Source: an uncultured Eubacteriales bacterium (GTDB lineage Bacteria > Bacillota > Clostridia > Christensenellales > DTU072). From it: a stretch of 64,000 bases of DNA. Under the pieces are notes generated by a model. It did not search any database. It was not told the origin of the DNA and saw only the letters and a list, made by a program, of their open reading frames with translations. A program made the position numbers and the translations under genes. The first letter of the stretch is position 1. Every line of letters begins with the position of its first letter. Positions 1 to 10,236 of this stretch are shown here, in pieces. The stretch lies in the NCBI GenBank assembly GCA_949292905.1, contig CASFAV010000008.1, forward strand, positions 41,332-105,331. The letters run 5' to 3'.

Positions 1-2
1 AT

Positions 3-941
3 CTTTCGTTCAACCCGTTGTTTTTATACGGCGGCGTTGGACTCGGCAAGACTCACCTTCTTCATTCGATAGGCAATTACGTGAGCGAGCACCTTCCTCA
101 TCTGAAAGTGCTGTACACCCCTACCGAAAATCTCACCAACGATTACGTCGAAGCCATCTCCAACAACCGCACCGACAAGGGAGCCTTCAATCTCCACTCC
201 TTCCGCGAGAAATACCGCTCCGTCGACATGCTTATGTTAGACGACGTGCAATTCCTTCAGAAAAGGGTGGGACTCCAGGAAGTCGTATTCCATATATTCA
301 ACGATCTCTATCAGGCAGGCAAGCAGATAGTGCTCACGTCTGACAGACCGCCTTCGGAGATATCCACTCTCGAAGACCGTCTGCGTTCGAGATTCGAAGG
401 CGGACTTATAGCAGACATCGGGACCCCGAATCTCGAGATGAGGATCGCCATAATCCGCAAAAAGATGGTTCTCGAGAAAATCGCCGTCAACGACGAAGTA
501 GTCAATTATCTCGCCGAAAAGATCGATTCCAACATTCGCGAACTGGAAGGCTGTCTTGCCAAAGTGGTCTTTTACGCCAAGCTCAAAGGGCTTGCTTATC
601 CCGATCTCGAAACGGCGAAGGAAGCTCTCAAGAATACCGTTCAGAAAAAGACCGGCATCGATTCTTCCGACATAATTGCGGCGACGTGTTCATATTTCAA
701 CATATCGCAGGCTGACATAATAGGCAAGAAAAAGACCAAAAACCTCGTAGAAGCGAGGATGATAGCGATATACATAATCAACGACATGTTGTCCTTGCCG
801 CTCGTATCCATAGGTCAGATATTCGGCGGCAGAGATCACACGACCATAATACACGCAAGGGATAAAATAGCCGCTCTCATCAAGGAGAACGCCGAAACGG
901 CTAAAGCCGTAAAGGACATAAAAAACTCCCTCAACGCTTAA
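3..941 (+). CDS. dnaA: Chromosomal replication initiator DnaA (5'-truncated by window edge)
   Basis: Frame is open from the window edge: FNPLFLYGGVGLGKTHL (Walker A), LMLDDVQFL (Walker B), RLRSRF arginine finger, domain IV GGRDHTT. Confidence 0.99.
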   Translation, partial: LSFNPLFLYGGVGLGKTHLLHSIGNYVSEHLPHLKVLYTPTENLTNDYVEAISNNRTDKGAFNLHSFREKYRSVDMLMLDDVQFLQKRVGLQEVVFHIFNDLYQAGKQIVLTSDRPPSEISTLEDRLRSRFEGGLIADIGTPNLEMRIAIIRKKMVLEKIAVNDEVVNYLAEKIDSNIRELEGCLAKVVFYAKLKGLAYPDLETAKEALKNTVQKKTGIDSSDIIAATCSYFNISQADIIGKKKTKNLVEARMIAIYIINDMLSLPLVSIGQIFGGRDHTTIIHARDKIAALIKENAETAKAVKDIKNSLNA

Positions 942-1206
942 ATCAAACGACGCATTCCCCTTCTGAACGGAATAAAATTTCCTTTCGGAAAAATCGGATC
1001 CTCGTTAATCGACGCGCCATGTGTTTATGTGGACAATCCGTCAACATAAAATGCGGAGTTTATCAACATAGGCTAACCGAAAAAACCGCCTCTTATACTG
1101 TCATTCAGGTATAAAACGACGCCTTTTCGGTTACGGTAAAAAGTAATCCACAAACCCACAGCGTTTATTATAATAATTAAACTTAATTATATATAAGGAG
1201 AAGTAT
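942..1206. promoter_or_regulatory. oriC (dnaA-dnaN intergenic) with DnaA boxes and DNA unwinding element
   Basis: Near-consensus boxes TGTGGACAA (1028-1036) and TTATCAACA (1060-1068). Overlapping tandem boxes TAATCCACA/AAACCCACA (1144-1160) are followed by GCG and TTATTATAATAATTA trio-like repeats and an AT-rich tract, the same layout as the B. subtilis basal unwinding system. Confidence 0.85.
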
Positions 1207-2307
1207 ATGAAGTTCATCGCTAATTCTTTGGAGTTATCGGACGCATTGATAACAGTGAGCAAGGCAATATCCGGAAAAAGCAATATACCCATTCTCGAAG
1301 GAATAAAAATATCCGCAAGCGGAGACGAAGTGACGCTGTCCGCAACAGACCTCGAGCTTTTCATCGAAACGAGGATAAAAGCGAGCGTGAAAATGGAAGG
1401 CGAGACCGTCGTTACCGGAAAATTATTCACCGAATTCGTGAAAAAGCTCGTCGAAGTGGAAGAAATAGAGATAGAGAAGTATTCGACGTCGCTCGTAGTA
1501 AGGTATAACGGCAACGAGTCCGAATTCCAATGCATGGAAGACGACACCTATCCGGAGATAAAGACGGTGTCTGACGAGACGAGTTTTCTCGTGAGAGAAA
1601 GGGATCTGAAGGAAGCGATAGAAGGAGTCATATTCTGCGTTTCCACCGAGGAGACGAGACCTATCCTCAAAGGATGCCAGATAGCCGTAAAAGGCGAAGA
1701 ATTGACCTGTGCTGCGCTCGACGGATACAGACTCGGAATAACGAAGTGCGAAGTATTCAACCCTACCGGCGACGTGAGCATCGTAGTGCTCGGAAAGACT
1801 CTCAACGAAATAGTCAAGGTATTCGACGACAAAGAAGAAAAAGTGAAAGTAGCGGTGCAGAAAAACTACGTCATGTTCGATATGGCGCACACCAAGATAA
1901 TCACGAGGCTTCTGGAAGGCGATTTTATTCAATACGAAAAGATATTGCCGCAATCCAGAAATACCGAGATAGTGGTCAACAAGAACGCGCTTGAAGCAGG
2001 ACTCGACAGAGCTACGATCGTAGCGAAGAACAAGAAAAATTACCTTAAGATGAAATTCGAAGGGGGAAAAATAGAAATAAATTCCGCCTCAGAAGTGGGC
2101 AGGATCCGCGAAACCGTGGATTGTAAGCAGGAAGGTAAGGATATGGAGATAGCGTTCAATTCGAGGTATCTTTTCGATGCCTTCAACAGGATAAAGGAAG
2201 ATTTCATCAAAATCAATCTTACCGGCTCCAACGCGCCCGCCGTGATACTCCCCGTAGAAGGCGAAAAATACGTATATCTCGTGCTGCCGCTCAGAATGAT
2301 AGGCTGA
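1207..2307 (+). CDS. dnaN: DNA polymerase III beta sliding clamp
   Basis: 366 aa; IPILEGI, ATDLE, ALDGYRL, IAFNSRYL, YLVLPLR motifs; AAGGAG RBS; directly after dnaA. Confidence 0.99.
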   Translation: MKFIANSLELSDALITVSKAISGKSNIPILEGIKISASGDEVTLSATDLELFIETRIKASVKMEGETVVTGKLFTEFVKKLVEVEEIEIEKYSTSLVVRYNGNESEFQCMEDDTYPEIKTVSDETSFLVRERDLKEAIEGVIFCVSTEETRPILKGCQIAVKGEELTCAALDGYRLGITKCEVFNPTGDVSIVVLGKTLNEIVKVFDDKEEKVKVAVQKNYVMFDMAHTKIITRLLEGDFIQYEKILPQSRNTEIVVNKNALEAGLDRATIVAKNKKNYLKMKFEGGKIEINSASEVGRIRETVDCKQEGKDMEIAFNSRYLFDAFNRIKEDFIKINLTGSNAPAVILPVEGEKYVYLVLPLRMIG

Positions 2308-2341
2308 TAGGCATAAAGCGCCGGATAATAAAGAAACATAT

Positions 2342-2370
2342 AAATAACGCCTTAACGGGCGTTATTTTTT
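2342..2370 (+). terminator. Rho-independent terminator after dnaN
   Basis: AAATAACGCC-TTAACG-GGCGTTATTT hairpin followed by a T run. Confidence 0.8.
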
Positions 2371-2649
2371 ATACCGAAAGATATTACTACTTACCCGGAA
2401 AAGGCGGTAAGAAAAAGAAATAATGCGTAATAAATAAGCATTACGTTTACCGAAGATAATATCACACGCTTGCGTTTACCCGAAGGGAATATAATAATCT
2501 TTTCGTTTACCCGAAGAAAATAAAATAACCGGCATAACGGAAGGAATGAAAGAGCAATAGAAAGTAATCAATATAAAGAAAGCGGCATGAAATACACGTA
2601 TTAAAAGAGTAAATATATTCTCTTTTAATATGTCGAAAAGCAACGATTT

Positions 2650-2697
2650 TGTGGATAAGTATAGTGAGTTATCCACATTCAGATATAGTTATCAACA
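2650..2697. promoter_or_regulatory. DnaA-box cluster downstream of dnaN
   Basis: TGTGGATAA 2650-2658 and TTATCCACA 2669-2677 (both perfect), TTATCAACA 2689-2697. Confidence 0.8.
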
Positions 2698-3295
2698 TAA
2701 TAATATCGATTAATATTAAATACCCTAACGAGTGACGGTATGTTAAATATTGATATATACCGTTATTTATATCCGATAGGCGCGCGTATAACATATATAA
2801 GACGTGCCCTATTCTCTACGCACAAACGTAAAGCCTATTCATATACTTTATTCGGTCTATAAGAACAGTTAATATATCTGATCGGTTAGACTAAATATAT
2901 CTTGACGGATATAAGCACGTATGCGCGTAAGCTTTATTATAAATAACAATAATAGTTTTTGTTAAAGAATCGAAGCAGATCAGAATGTCGGTCGAGTCAA
3001 ACGAAATAATAATTATTCGGAATATTTCTGAATATAGAGCTGAACGAATCACTGAAAAAACTACCTATCCGTGATGAGTATATAACGTAGAATAAAACGA
3101 CTTCATTTATATTAATTATTTATGTCGATCGAATCATACACCATAAAAGTATGAGTGAGAACCGGATGAATTCTAATAGTTAACGCATATTCGGCAGATA
3201 TATAGTTAAGACGATCATAGTAATTGAGATACAATGTTATAGCGAAAATATATTATATTGATATAGAGTATGTGAAAATGTGGACAAATACATAT

Positions 3296-3311
3296 TGTTT
3301 CACGTGAAACA
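3296..3311. promoter_or_regulatory. parS site 1
   Basis: TGTTTCACGTGAAACA, perfect match to the ParB/Spo0J parS consensus. Confidence 0.93.
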
Positions 3312-3533
3312 GTATGAGTACTGCTCTTGTTAACGCCTATCGCACGCAGAATATACGATCAATATACTTTCCGGATATACATTTTTATATACAACAGAAA
3401 AAAGTCGCTGTCGGCTGATATATTGTAAATCAAATTTATATGTCTGTCTTTATGCTCCGAAAGTATCGGTTTATGGAGTATATTTCAGAATTTTTATAGA
3501 CATTACATTTGTAACAAGCGATTATTATGTGCA

Positions 3534-3549
3534 TGTTTCACGTGAAACA
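3534..3549. promoter_or_regulatory. parS site 2
   Basis: TGTTTCACGTGAAACA, perfect. Confidence 0.93.
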
Positions 3550-3708
3550 ATAGATTATTTTGAATACATTTACTGTATTATAATAATTTCAACTGCCATA
3601 GTGTATACGACGGAAATAAAATGCAATATAAAACGTATTGTACTTAAGGCAATGCGGTTATAGTTTGTAATATAAACATTGCATACCGCTTCAAGGGAGC
3701 TTGCCTTA

Positions 3709-3992
3709 TATTCTATTCACTGTGTGTAATGTCCGATTAATCTGAACCACTATTGCCCGAAATAAGGCGGTAGATATGCTGCAGTATTAAAGATTTGTGT
3801 TAATATCAGAACCGATACTCGGTCCTAATAGGAAACATAACGAAGAGAGCACTTTGTATTCTATTCACTGTATATAATGTCATAATTCAGCTTTAGACCA
3901 ATATCCGAAGTAAGCAGGAATATATACGGTTGTATTTGATATTTATATTAATATCGGAACCGATACTTTGTCCGAATCGGAAGCATAACGAA
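3709..3992. repeat. Degenerate tandem duplication, 148-bp period, two copies
   Basis: TATTCTATTCACTGT at 3709 and 3857; both copies end TTAATATC(A/G)GAACCGATACT...GGAA(A/G)CATAACGAA at 3844 and 3992. Confidence 0.85.
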
Positions 3993-4233
3993 ACCGATCG
4001 AAACCGATTTAACCTACATGTATGCTATCGGTCAAAATAATTTGATATATATCATAACATAAAGAGGATTAAATAACTCGTGAATCTATCGTGAATCGAA
4101 TGAAATTATTATCTAATAGCGGCGACTTTATGGCAGGTGATATGATTAAAATTATTTAACCGGTAATATATAAACGGAAAGCAATAACGAAACACGTATA
4201 TAGTTATCAATGCTTACACGTTGAAAACCTAAA

Positions 4234-4249
4234 TGTTTCACGTGGAACA
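4234..4249. promoter_or_regulatory. parS site 3
   Basis: TGTTTCACGTGGAACA, within the TGTTNCACGTGAAACA consensus on the reverse strand. Confidence 0.92.
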
Positions 4250-4370
4250 AAGGCACTTAATACGTTGTATACCCGATTATGTGCGGAACGTTGCATATAC
4301 AATTATTATTACAGTTGCGGAAATCGTCAGACCGGCTATAATTGCGGCAATGACAAATAAAAAGCGCCAA

Positions 4371-4386
4371 TGTTTCACGTGAAACA
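4371..4386. promoter_or_regulatory. parS site 4
   Basis: TGTTTCACGTGAAACA, perfect. Confidence 0.93.
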
Positions 4387-4886
4387 ACAACTGATAATAC
4401 AATAGAATCCACTATATATACGAAATTTGTAATGTAATATGAATATTTATGTTTTCATATTATCCGTTTACGAATATTCCATATTCTTATTATACTTCTA
4501 ATCTTATACGGCGACGGGTGCTATCAACCACAAAGTATATCAAATTAACCCGCTATGCCGCGACCGTATCATTATTCAAGATCAACGATATTTATCCTAT
4601 ATCGGAGATCATAACACCTATGCGGTTGATATCTTATTTGTCCACTTAAATAATTTACGCTTACGAAGTATCTTCGTTTGAATTAGTTATCTTCGATAGT
4701 GTGCATGTTCAACATTATGTGGGTGCGCCGCTTACCGTGAAGTTGAATGGATATTGAATATCGGATATACATGCGGAGTTGTCGACATGTCATTATTCTT
4801 TCCGTTCTTCCACATTATTGACGGCATATCTGAGAATTTATCTCTCAAATGGCGTAGCGGATCTATATATGCTTCGGAGTTTGTGA

Positions 4887-4902
4887 TGTTTCACGTGAGA
4901 CA
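4887..4902. promoter_or_regulatory. parS site 5 (one mismatch)
   Basis: TGTTTCACGTGAGACA. Confidence 0.8.
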
Positions 4903-5040
4903 GAGGAAATAGATATCTTTATATAACCGAAATATATAGCCCATATCGGTCATAATCAAAGTACAGCAAGTTATCTGACAGAAACTACGATATGACATAG
5001 GTGTATGCCGAAACAAGGGTAGTAGGTCCCGAACGGTAGA

Positions 5041-5056
5041 TGTTTCACGTGAAACA
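5041..5056. promoter_or_regulatory. parS site 6
   Basis: TGTTTCACGTGAAACA, perfect. Confidence 0.93.
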
Positions 5057-5139
5057 TATCCCGTATGAACGTTTTGTTCATATATCGTATTGGTTATTCA
5101 GTTATCGCAGATTCCTCAGCATAATGTGATTCGCAAGGT

Positions 5140-5155
5140 TGTTCCACGTGAAACA
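5140..5155. promoter_or_regulatory. parS site 7
   Basis: TGTTCCACGTGAAACA. Confidence 0.92.
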
Positions 5156-6534
5156 ATGTATAAAATATGTATAAAATAGTCGCAATATACGATTATGATT
5201 AAGAATATATTATATTTATCTTTATTACAGCGTTAATATTGGATATGAGATATCGCTATATATAGTCCGTCCGGACTTACTGCGAGTCGTCAAACGCTTA
5301 ATAACGTAATAAGCTATGACGCCGTTTTGCATAATAAAGCGATTCTTTCCGAGTACCGGTTCGCCGGTCATACCGTCATATATGTTGGGTATCCGCGCCA
5401 TACGGCAGAACTTACGATATTTACACTGAGTATGCGAACACGGATCGCTGCTGTCGTTATACCGCTCGTTACGCCCGTTGATTGAGTTCGGTATAGGTAT
5501 GTCCGTAAGCGCGTCCGCCTTTCCTTTCGGCGGTACTCCGAGTCAGATAGAGATATCTTTCTACTCGCGTATGTTTGTGGAAAGTAAACGTAGCTTTTAC
5601 GCACGTTGTATAAGCCGTCAGTGCGGCATAACGGACGACGGCACTTCATCTACGGAGTCGGCAACGCGCACTGTGGGCTTTCCTGCGCCTTCTGAAGGGC
5701 GGATCCGTGTGCAATATAGATATTCTGTTTTGTCATGACAGTAAGTCAGGCGCCCGGATTGTATTTCCGAAAGCTATACCGTATTCCGTACCGTGTCGCC
5801 CGATCGTATCGGCATCGGTATCGCTTATTCCGATTCAGGGAGCGCAGAGGATAGAGTCGGAATGTTCTGGGAGTTTATCTCGTTCACGTACACGCCTACT
5901 GTTCCGATAGGGTAAGAATCAAGTATTGAAGTTTACCGTAACGGCGGTATAGCCTGTGCACATCCATAGACCGCGCACGATGATGTCGCCCGCGCCGTAC
6001 GCTCTTAAACCGACACTTCAGACCGCTTTGTATACGCCTTCGATATATCCGTACGTAGAAAGTTTTGAGCTGACGTTAAGCGATACGAGGAATGCGACGG
6101 TATACTTAAAGACGATGCTTTAGCGAAAGAACGGATTTATAGTAAAACAAAAGGTGAACTACTCGGTTTGACATAGGCGGTGGAGGTTTCAAAAAGCGCG
6201 CCGTGCCCAAAAGCCGTTGAAACGGTTTATATGGATCCGCGAGCTCGGCAAAGGACAAACGTAAGTATACGGGGTGAAGGAAACTTTGTGAGTGTCGCGA
6301 AGCGGCGAAGGGATAAAGGCACAGCCGAAGCGACGTCGCGGATGATGAATAAAGCGGCATTTATTACGACAGGGGAGAACGGTGGGTAATGCGGGCTCGG
6401 TAAGCGCCTGTTACGGTGCGGAAAGAAATTCAGCTTGCTGCTCCCGTGCGGTGCGGTCAATACATGCGGGAAGCAATAAGTCTGATCGGGCTGTCTTGTT
6501 CGATACCATGTCGATATCGGAGAGATAATTCGAG

Positions 6535-6859
6535 TTGTCCACATAAATCCGGTTTTCCGAAACGATAGGTAGTAAAAACGACGGTTTCAAGCCCGAAAAG
6601 CGGAATAAGCTTTGCAATATAGTGCGAAGTTGTCCACATAAAAGAATTTGCGAGCAAGCTCCGCCTATAGGCGCGTCAAGACCGTAAACGTGCAAAGAAG
6701 GTAGGGATAAGAAGGCAGACAGAACGTCATTCGATATGTGGGAGCATTCGTATATAGGTTGAATCGCGGCGCATATCGCCGGAGTGATCATAAACAAGCC
6801 GCAATAATGTAAAAAAACAGGCAGGAAAAGCGGGAGAAAAGAATAAAAAATGTGGATAA
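6535..6859. promoter_or_regulatory. Dispersed DnaA boxes
   Basis: TTGTCCACA 6535-6543 and 6630-6638; perfect TGTGGATAA 6851-6859. Confidence 0.6.
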
Positions 6860-6866
6860 CTCAAAA

Positions 6867-6882
6867 TGTTTCACGTGAAACA
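6867..6882. promoter_or_regulatory. parS site 8
   Basis: TGTTTCACGTGAAACA, perfect; 7 bp from a perfect DnaA box. Confidence 0.93.
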
Positions 6883-7452
6883 ACGCATATCGGCAGGCAC
6901 ATTTCGACAAAATCAAAATATATTTTACGCAAGAAAATTGCAAAATACAGAAGAAAACAGATAAAAAATAACAGATTAAAAGCGAATGTGTTTTCATTTA
7001 CGGTGTGGAGAAAGCGGGTGATAAAAAGGATAAGGAGCGAGAGAAGAGATGCTTTGGAGAGCTCGCGGAGAAGTTCGAGGCAGGTGAGCGCGGGAGTCGT
7101 GAACTGGCACTATATCGACGCAACGCATGCGGCGTGGCTGTAGATAGTTGTCGAGCGGTAAATGCGGTGATCGGCGCGGGCGGGAGAGGACGAGAGGCCA
7201 GAGTGCAGAGTTAGAAGGCGGTCGGCGTGTACCTGCGCCTGTGGGCGTCCGATGTTCCATATGGAACGCATAAAAAACAGGGAGAAAGGAGCCGTTTTGC
7301 CCGGATAAAATAAAGGGGTCGTCCCGAAAAATTCCCGAGCGCAAAAGCGTCGGAAAAAGCCTTAATTCGCTCAAAATAAGCCAAAAAATGCACGTTTTTG
7401 GGGGTGAAAAGGGGCTGTAGAAAACTTCTTCCGAATATTATAAAGAGATAAG

Positions 7453-7468
7453 TGTTCCACGTGGAACA
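7453..7468. promoter_or_regulatory. parS site 9
   Basis: TGTTCCACGTGGAACA, perfect palindrome. Confidence 0.9.
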
Positions 7469-8013
7469 TAAATTTCGGCAGAAAAACCCACTAAAAATAT
7501 CCTTGTTTTAAGCAGATTTTGTAAAACGCTTGATTTTGTATTGTTTGCTACGGTATTGCGAAAATGTCCTGTTTATGGGACAGCAATTCGGGCGGATTTT
7601 TGCAGATTTTCGGCAGTATTTTTTTTACGAAAAAAAGCAGAAACTTTCCTTTTCGAGTTAGACCGTCGCCGTCGGTCGGGGGAAAGCTTACATTACGGCT
7701 TCCTTTTTCCGCCTTTTCCGGGCGGCGCGTATCGGAACCGACGTGTACGTTTGACTGTAGCAGACTTTGCCCGCACGGCGAAACCGCGAACGGCGTTTCT
7801 TGTCGGCGTGATTTTTCGGTCGCGTTTTTTTGCGTATTCGCTATCCCCGTAAGGCTTCGTCTTGGGGCAACGTAACGCCCGAGTTTACGCCTGCCGCGTA
7901 CTCGGTCGGCGTTGCACGATTTTTATGTCGGTTGCCGAAAACTCTTCTTCGCGCGCGAAGGCTTTTATGAAAAAGCGCCCCGTGAAGGGCGCCGTTTATT
8001 TCCGACGACGGCT

Positions 8014-9321
8014 TCATTCGAAGCAGAGGATCCCCAACGCTTCCTTATATATTTCGTACATTCTGCGGAACGAGTCGAGCGGTATGCGTTCGTCGCGCAT
8101 GTGGATATACGACTTTTCGCCCGGAAATATCGGGCCGAACGCCACCCCGCACGGAAGTACTCTCGCGTATGTCGCTCCCCCTATCGCTATGGGGCGGGCG
8201 TCTTTGTCGCCGGTCACGTTCTTGTACGCCGTAAGCAGTCCCTTTACGAGCGGGTGATCTTCGGGAACGTAAAGGGGATCGTGGAAGTTTTTGAGCGTGA
8301 TATGCGCTTCGGGTAGGGCTTTTGCGAGTTTAGCGGCTATTTCGTCGCGCGACGCGGTTATCGGGTAGCGGATATCGGTATCGACCACGAGCCTTTCGCC
8401 TTCCGTTCTTGCCGCTCCCGCGTTCAGCGTAAGCGCTCCCGACTCTTTGTCGGAGCAGGCTATTCCCGCGCCGGAGCCGTCGCTTGCGGAAAATACTTTG
8501 CACAGCTTCTTTGCGTATCCCGACGTTACGGAGAGTATCGTAAGCATCGCGGTCAGGGCGTTGACGCCGCTTTCGGGAGAACTGCCGTGCGCGCTCACTC
8601 CGCGAGTCACTATCCTGAGGACGTTACCGTCCCGCTCAGTTTCCGCTCCCGCGTCGCGCGCGGCTTGTTCGAGCTCGACGGAATATTCCGCTTCCGCCAC
8701 GGCGTGATCGGGCACGATATTGGCGCGCGTTCCCGAATTAAGATAAAGAAGTCCTTTCGGAAGGGGCAGTTCCGCCGAAAAGAACGCCACGCCCTTTTCG
8801 CAGTTGATGACGGGGAAGTCGGCGTCGGGCGAAAATCCTTCCGCAGGCATTTCTTCGCGCGCCCTGTAGGCGTCCATACATTTCCAGCCGCTTTCTTCGT
8901 TGGTGCCGAGGATAAAGCGGAGACGTTTTTTTGGTTTGCGCCCTTCGTCGAGAAGCTCGAGCGCGGCAAAGAACGCGGCTACGGCGGGGCCCTTGTCGTC
9001 TTCCGCGCCACGCCCCCAAACGGCGTCTCCGTCAATTTCGCCGCCGAACGGATCGTGGCTCCAACCCTCGGTAACGGGTACCACGTCAAGGTGACTCAGT
9101 ATCCCGAAAAGCGGTTTATCTTTCTCGCCGATCTCCGCGTAACCGTAATATCCGTCGCCGTTGAACGTGCGGAAACCGTTGTTTTCCATAACGCCGAGCA
9201 TGTAATTCAAGGCGTTTGCGACGCCTTTCCCGAAAGGCGCGCCGCAGGCGGGCTCGCCCTCAACGGAATCGAAACGCAGTAATTCCCGAAGACATTTCAC
9301 GGCTTCGTCGAAGCGATCCAT
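8014..9321 (-). CDS. pepV: M20 family dipeptidase (PepV/Sapep-like)
   Basis: SHLDVVP, GRGAEDDKGP, GTNEESG, PDADFPVINCEKG, GGATYAR, H-x-x-DE motifs; GGAGG RBS. Confidence 0.9.
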   Translation of the reverse strand: MDRFDEAVKCLRELLRFDSVEGEPACGAPFGKGVANALNYMLGVMENNGFRTFNGDGYYGYAEIGEKDKPLFGILSHLDVVPVTEGWSHDPFGGEIDGDAVWGRGAEDDKGPAVAAFFAALELLDEGRKPKKRLRFILGTNEESGWKCMDAYRAREEMPAEGFSPDADFPVINCEKGVAFFSAELPLPKGLLYLNSGTRANIVPDHAVAEAEYSVELEQAARDAGAETERDGNVLRIVTRGVSAHGSSPESGVNALTAMLTILSVTSGYAKKLCKVFSASDGSGAGIACSDKESGALTLNAGAARTEGERLVVDTDIRYPITASRDEIAAKLAKALPEAHITLKNFHDPLYVPEDHPLVKGLLTAYKNVTGDKDARPIAIGGATYARVLPCGVAFGPIFPGEKSYIHMRDERIPLDSFRRMYEIYKEALGILCFE

Positions 9322-9454
9322 ATTACCTCCTTAACCCTTTTGCGGGGAAAATTATATAAATATTATACACACTTCGGCGCGGATGTGTTATTATTTATTT
9401 CGTAAAGCGGTAAGGAATTACGGCGAAAATTGTAAACGGAGCGGGAAAAGCCGA

Positions 9455-10207
9455 ATGGGAGCGGGCAGAAGACAACGAATGAGGGAAAAGGTGCATCTTA
9501 ACGGGATAGCGGGGCTTGCGCAACACGAGATACTGGAATTTCTGCTCTACCCGTACGTGCCGCAGAAGGATACCGTGCCGATAGCGCACGCGCTTCTTGA
9601 GGAATTCGGCACTCTCGACAACGTGTTGCACGCGACGGAAGAAGCTTTGCTCACGGTAGCGGGGATGCCCAAACTCGCGGCGCTCACGTTCCCGCAATTC
9701 CGTCACATAGTTGCCCGCGCCGCAGCCGACGCCGCCGCAGACTGCGGCAAGATCACGGACGCCGTTTCGGCGGCGAAGTATTTCAACGCGATGATAGGCG
9801 GCGAGAAGGTGGAAAAGACGGTCGCGGTATTCCTTACGAACAGGGGCAAGATCATCTGTGCCCGCGAGCTCAACTCCGGCACGCCCGTGGAAACGGACGT
9901 GGAGATACGCAAGATAGCTTCCGCCGCACTCAATACCAACGCCGCGGCGGTCATATTGGGGCACAATCATCCTTCGGGCGACGTGACGCCGTCGGAAGCG
10001 GATATATCGAGCACCGAATTTCTCGGGAAAATATTGCGCCCGTTGGGCGTGGCGCTTCTCGATCACCTCGTAGTGTCCGGGAACAAGTATCACAGCATGC
10101 TGCGAGGAGGCTCCTTCGGGGCGCGCCCGGACAGGGGCTCGCTCAACGAAGCAGGAGCGCCGTTCACGTACGATACCGGAGACAAAGAGCGGATATCCGA
10201 TGACTGA
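9455..10207 (+). CDS. radC: RadC family JAB-domain protein
   Basis: GRRQRMREK N-terminus, HEILEFLL, intact HNHPSGDVTPSEAD JAB motif, LLDHLVV. Start set at in-frame ATG 9455. Confidence 0.9.
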   Translation: MGAGRRQRMREKVHLNGIAGLAQHEILEFLLYPYVPQKDTVPIAHALLEEFGTLDNVLHATEEALLTVAGMPKLAALTFPQFRHIVARAAADAAADCGKITDAVSAAKYFNAMIGGEKVEKTVAVFLTNRGKIICARELNSGTPVETDVEIRKIASAALNTNAAAVILGHNHPSGDVTPSEADISSTEFLGKILRPLGVALLDHLVVSGNKYHSMLRGGSFGARPDRGSLNEAGAPFTYDTGDKERISDD

Positions 10208-10232
10208 AACCGGCATAAGCGCCGGTTTTTTT
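10207..10232. terminator. Terminator between convergent radC and amidase genes
   Basis: AAACCGGC-ATAAGC-GCCGGTTTTTTT hairpin. Confidence 0.75.
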
Positions 10233-10236
10233 GCGG

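Noticed and set aside
3296-7468. Repeated 16-bp palindrome as a CRISPR array
   Set aside because: Start-to-start distances range from 99 to 1727 bp, the repeat is too short, no cas genes are present, and it matches parS.
4449-7875. Short ORFs (60-130 aa) in the parS island
   Set aside because: No recognisable motifs or RBS, overlapping on both strands and atypical in composition; consistent with chance ORFs.
9455-10207. radC as a sign of a mobile element
   Set aside because: Full-length chromosomal-type RadC with host-like composition and no mobility genes nearby.
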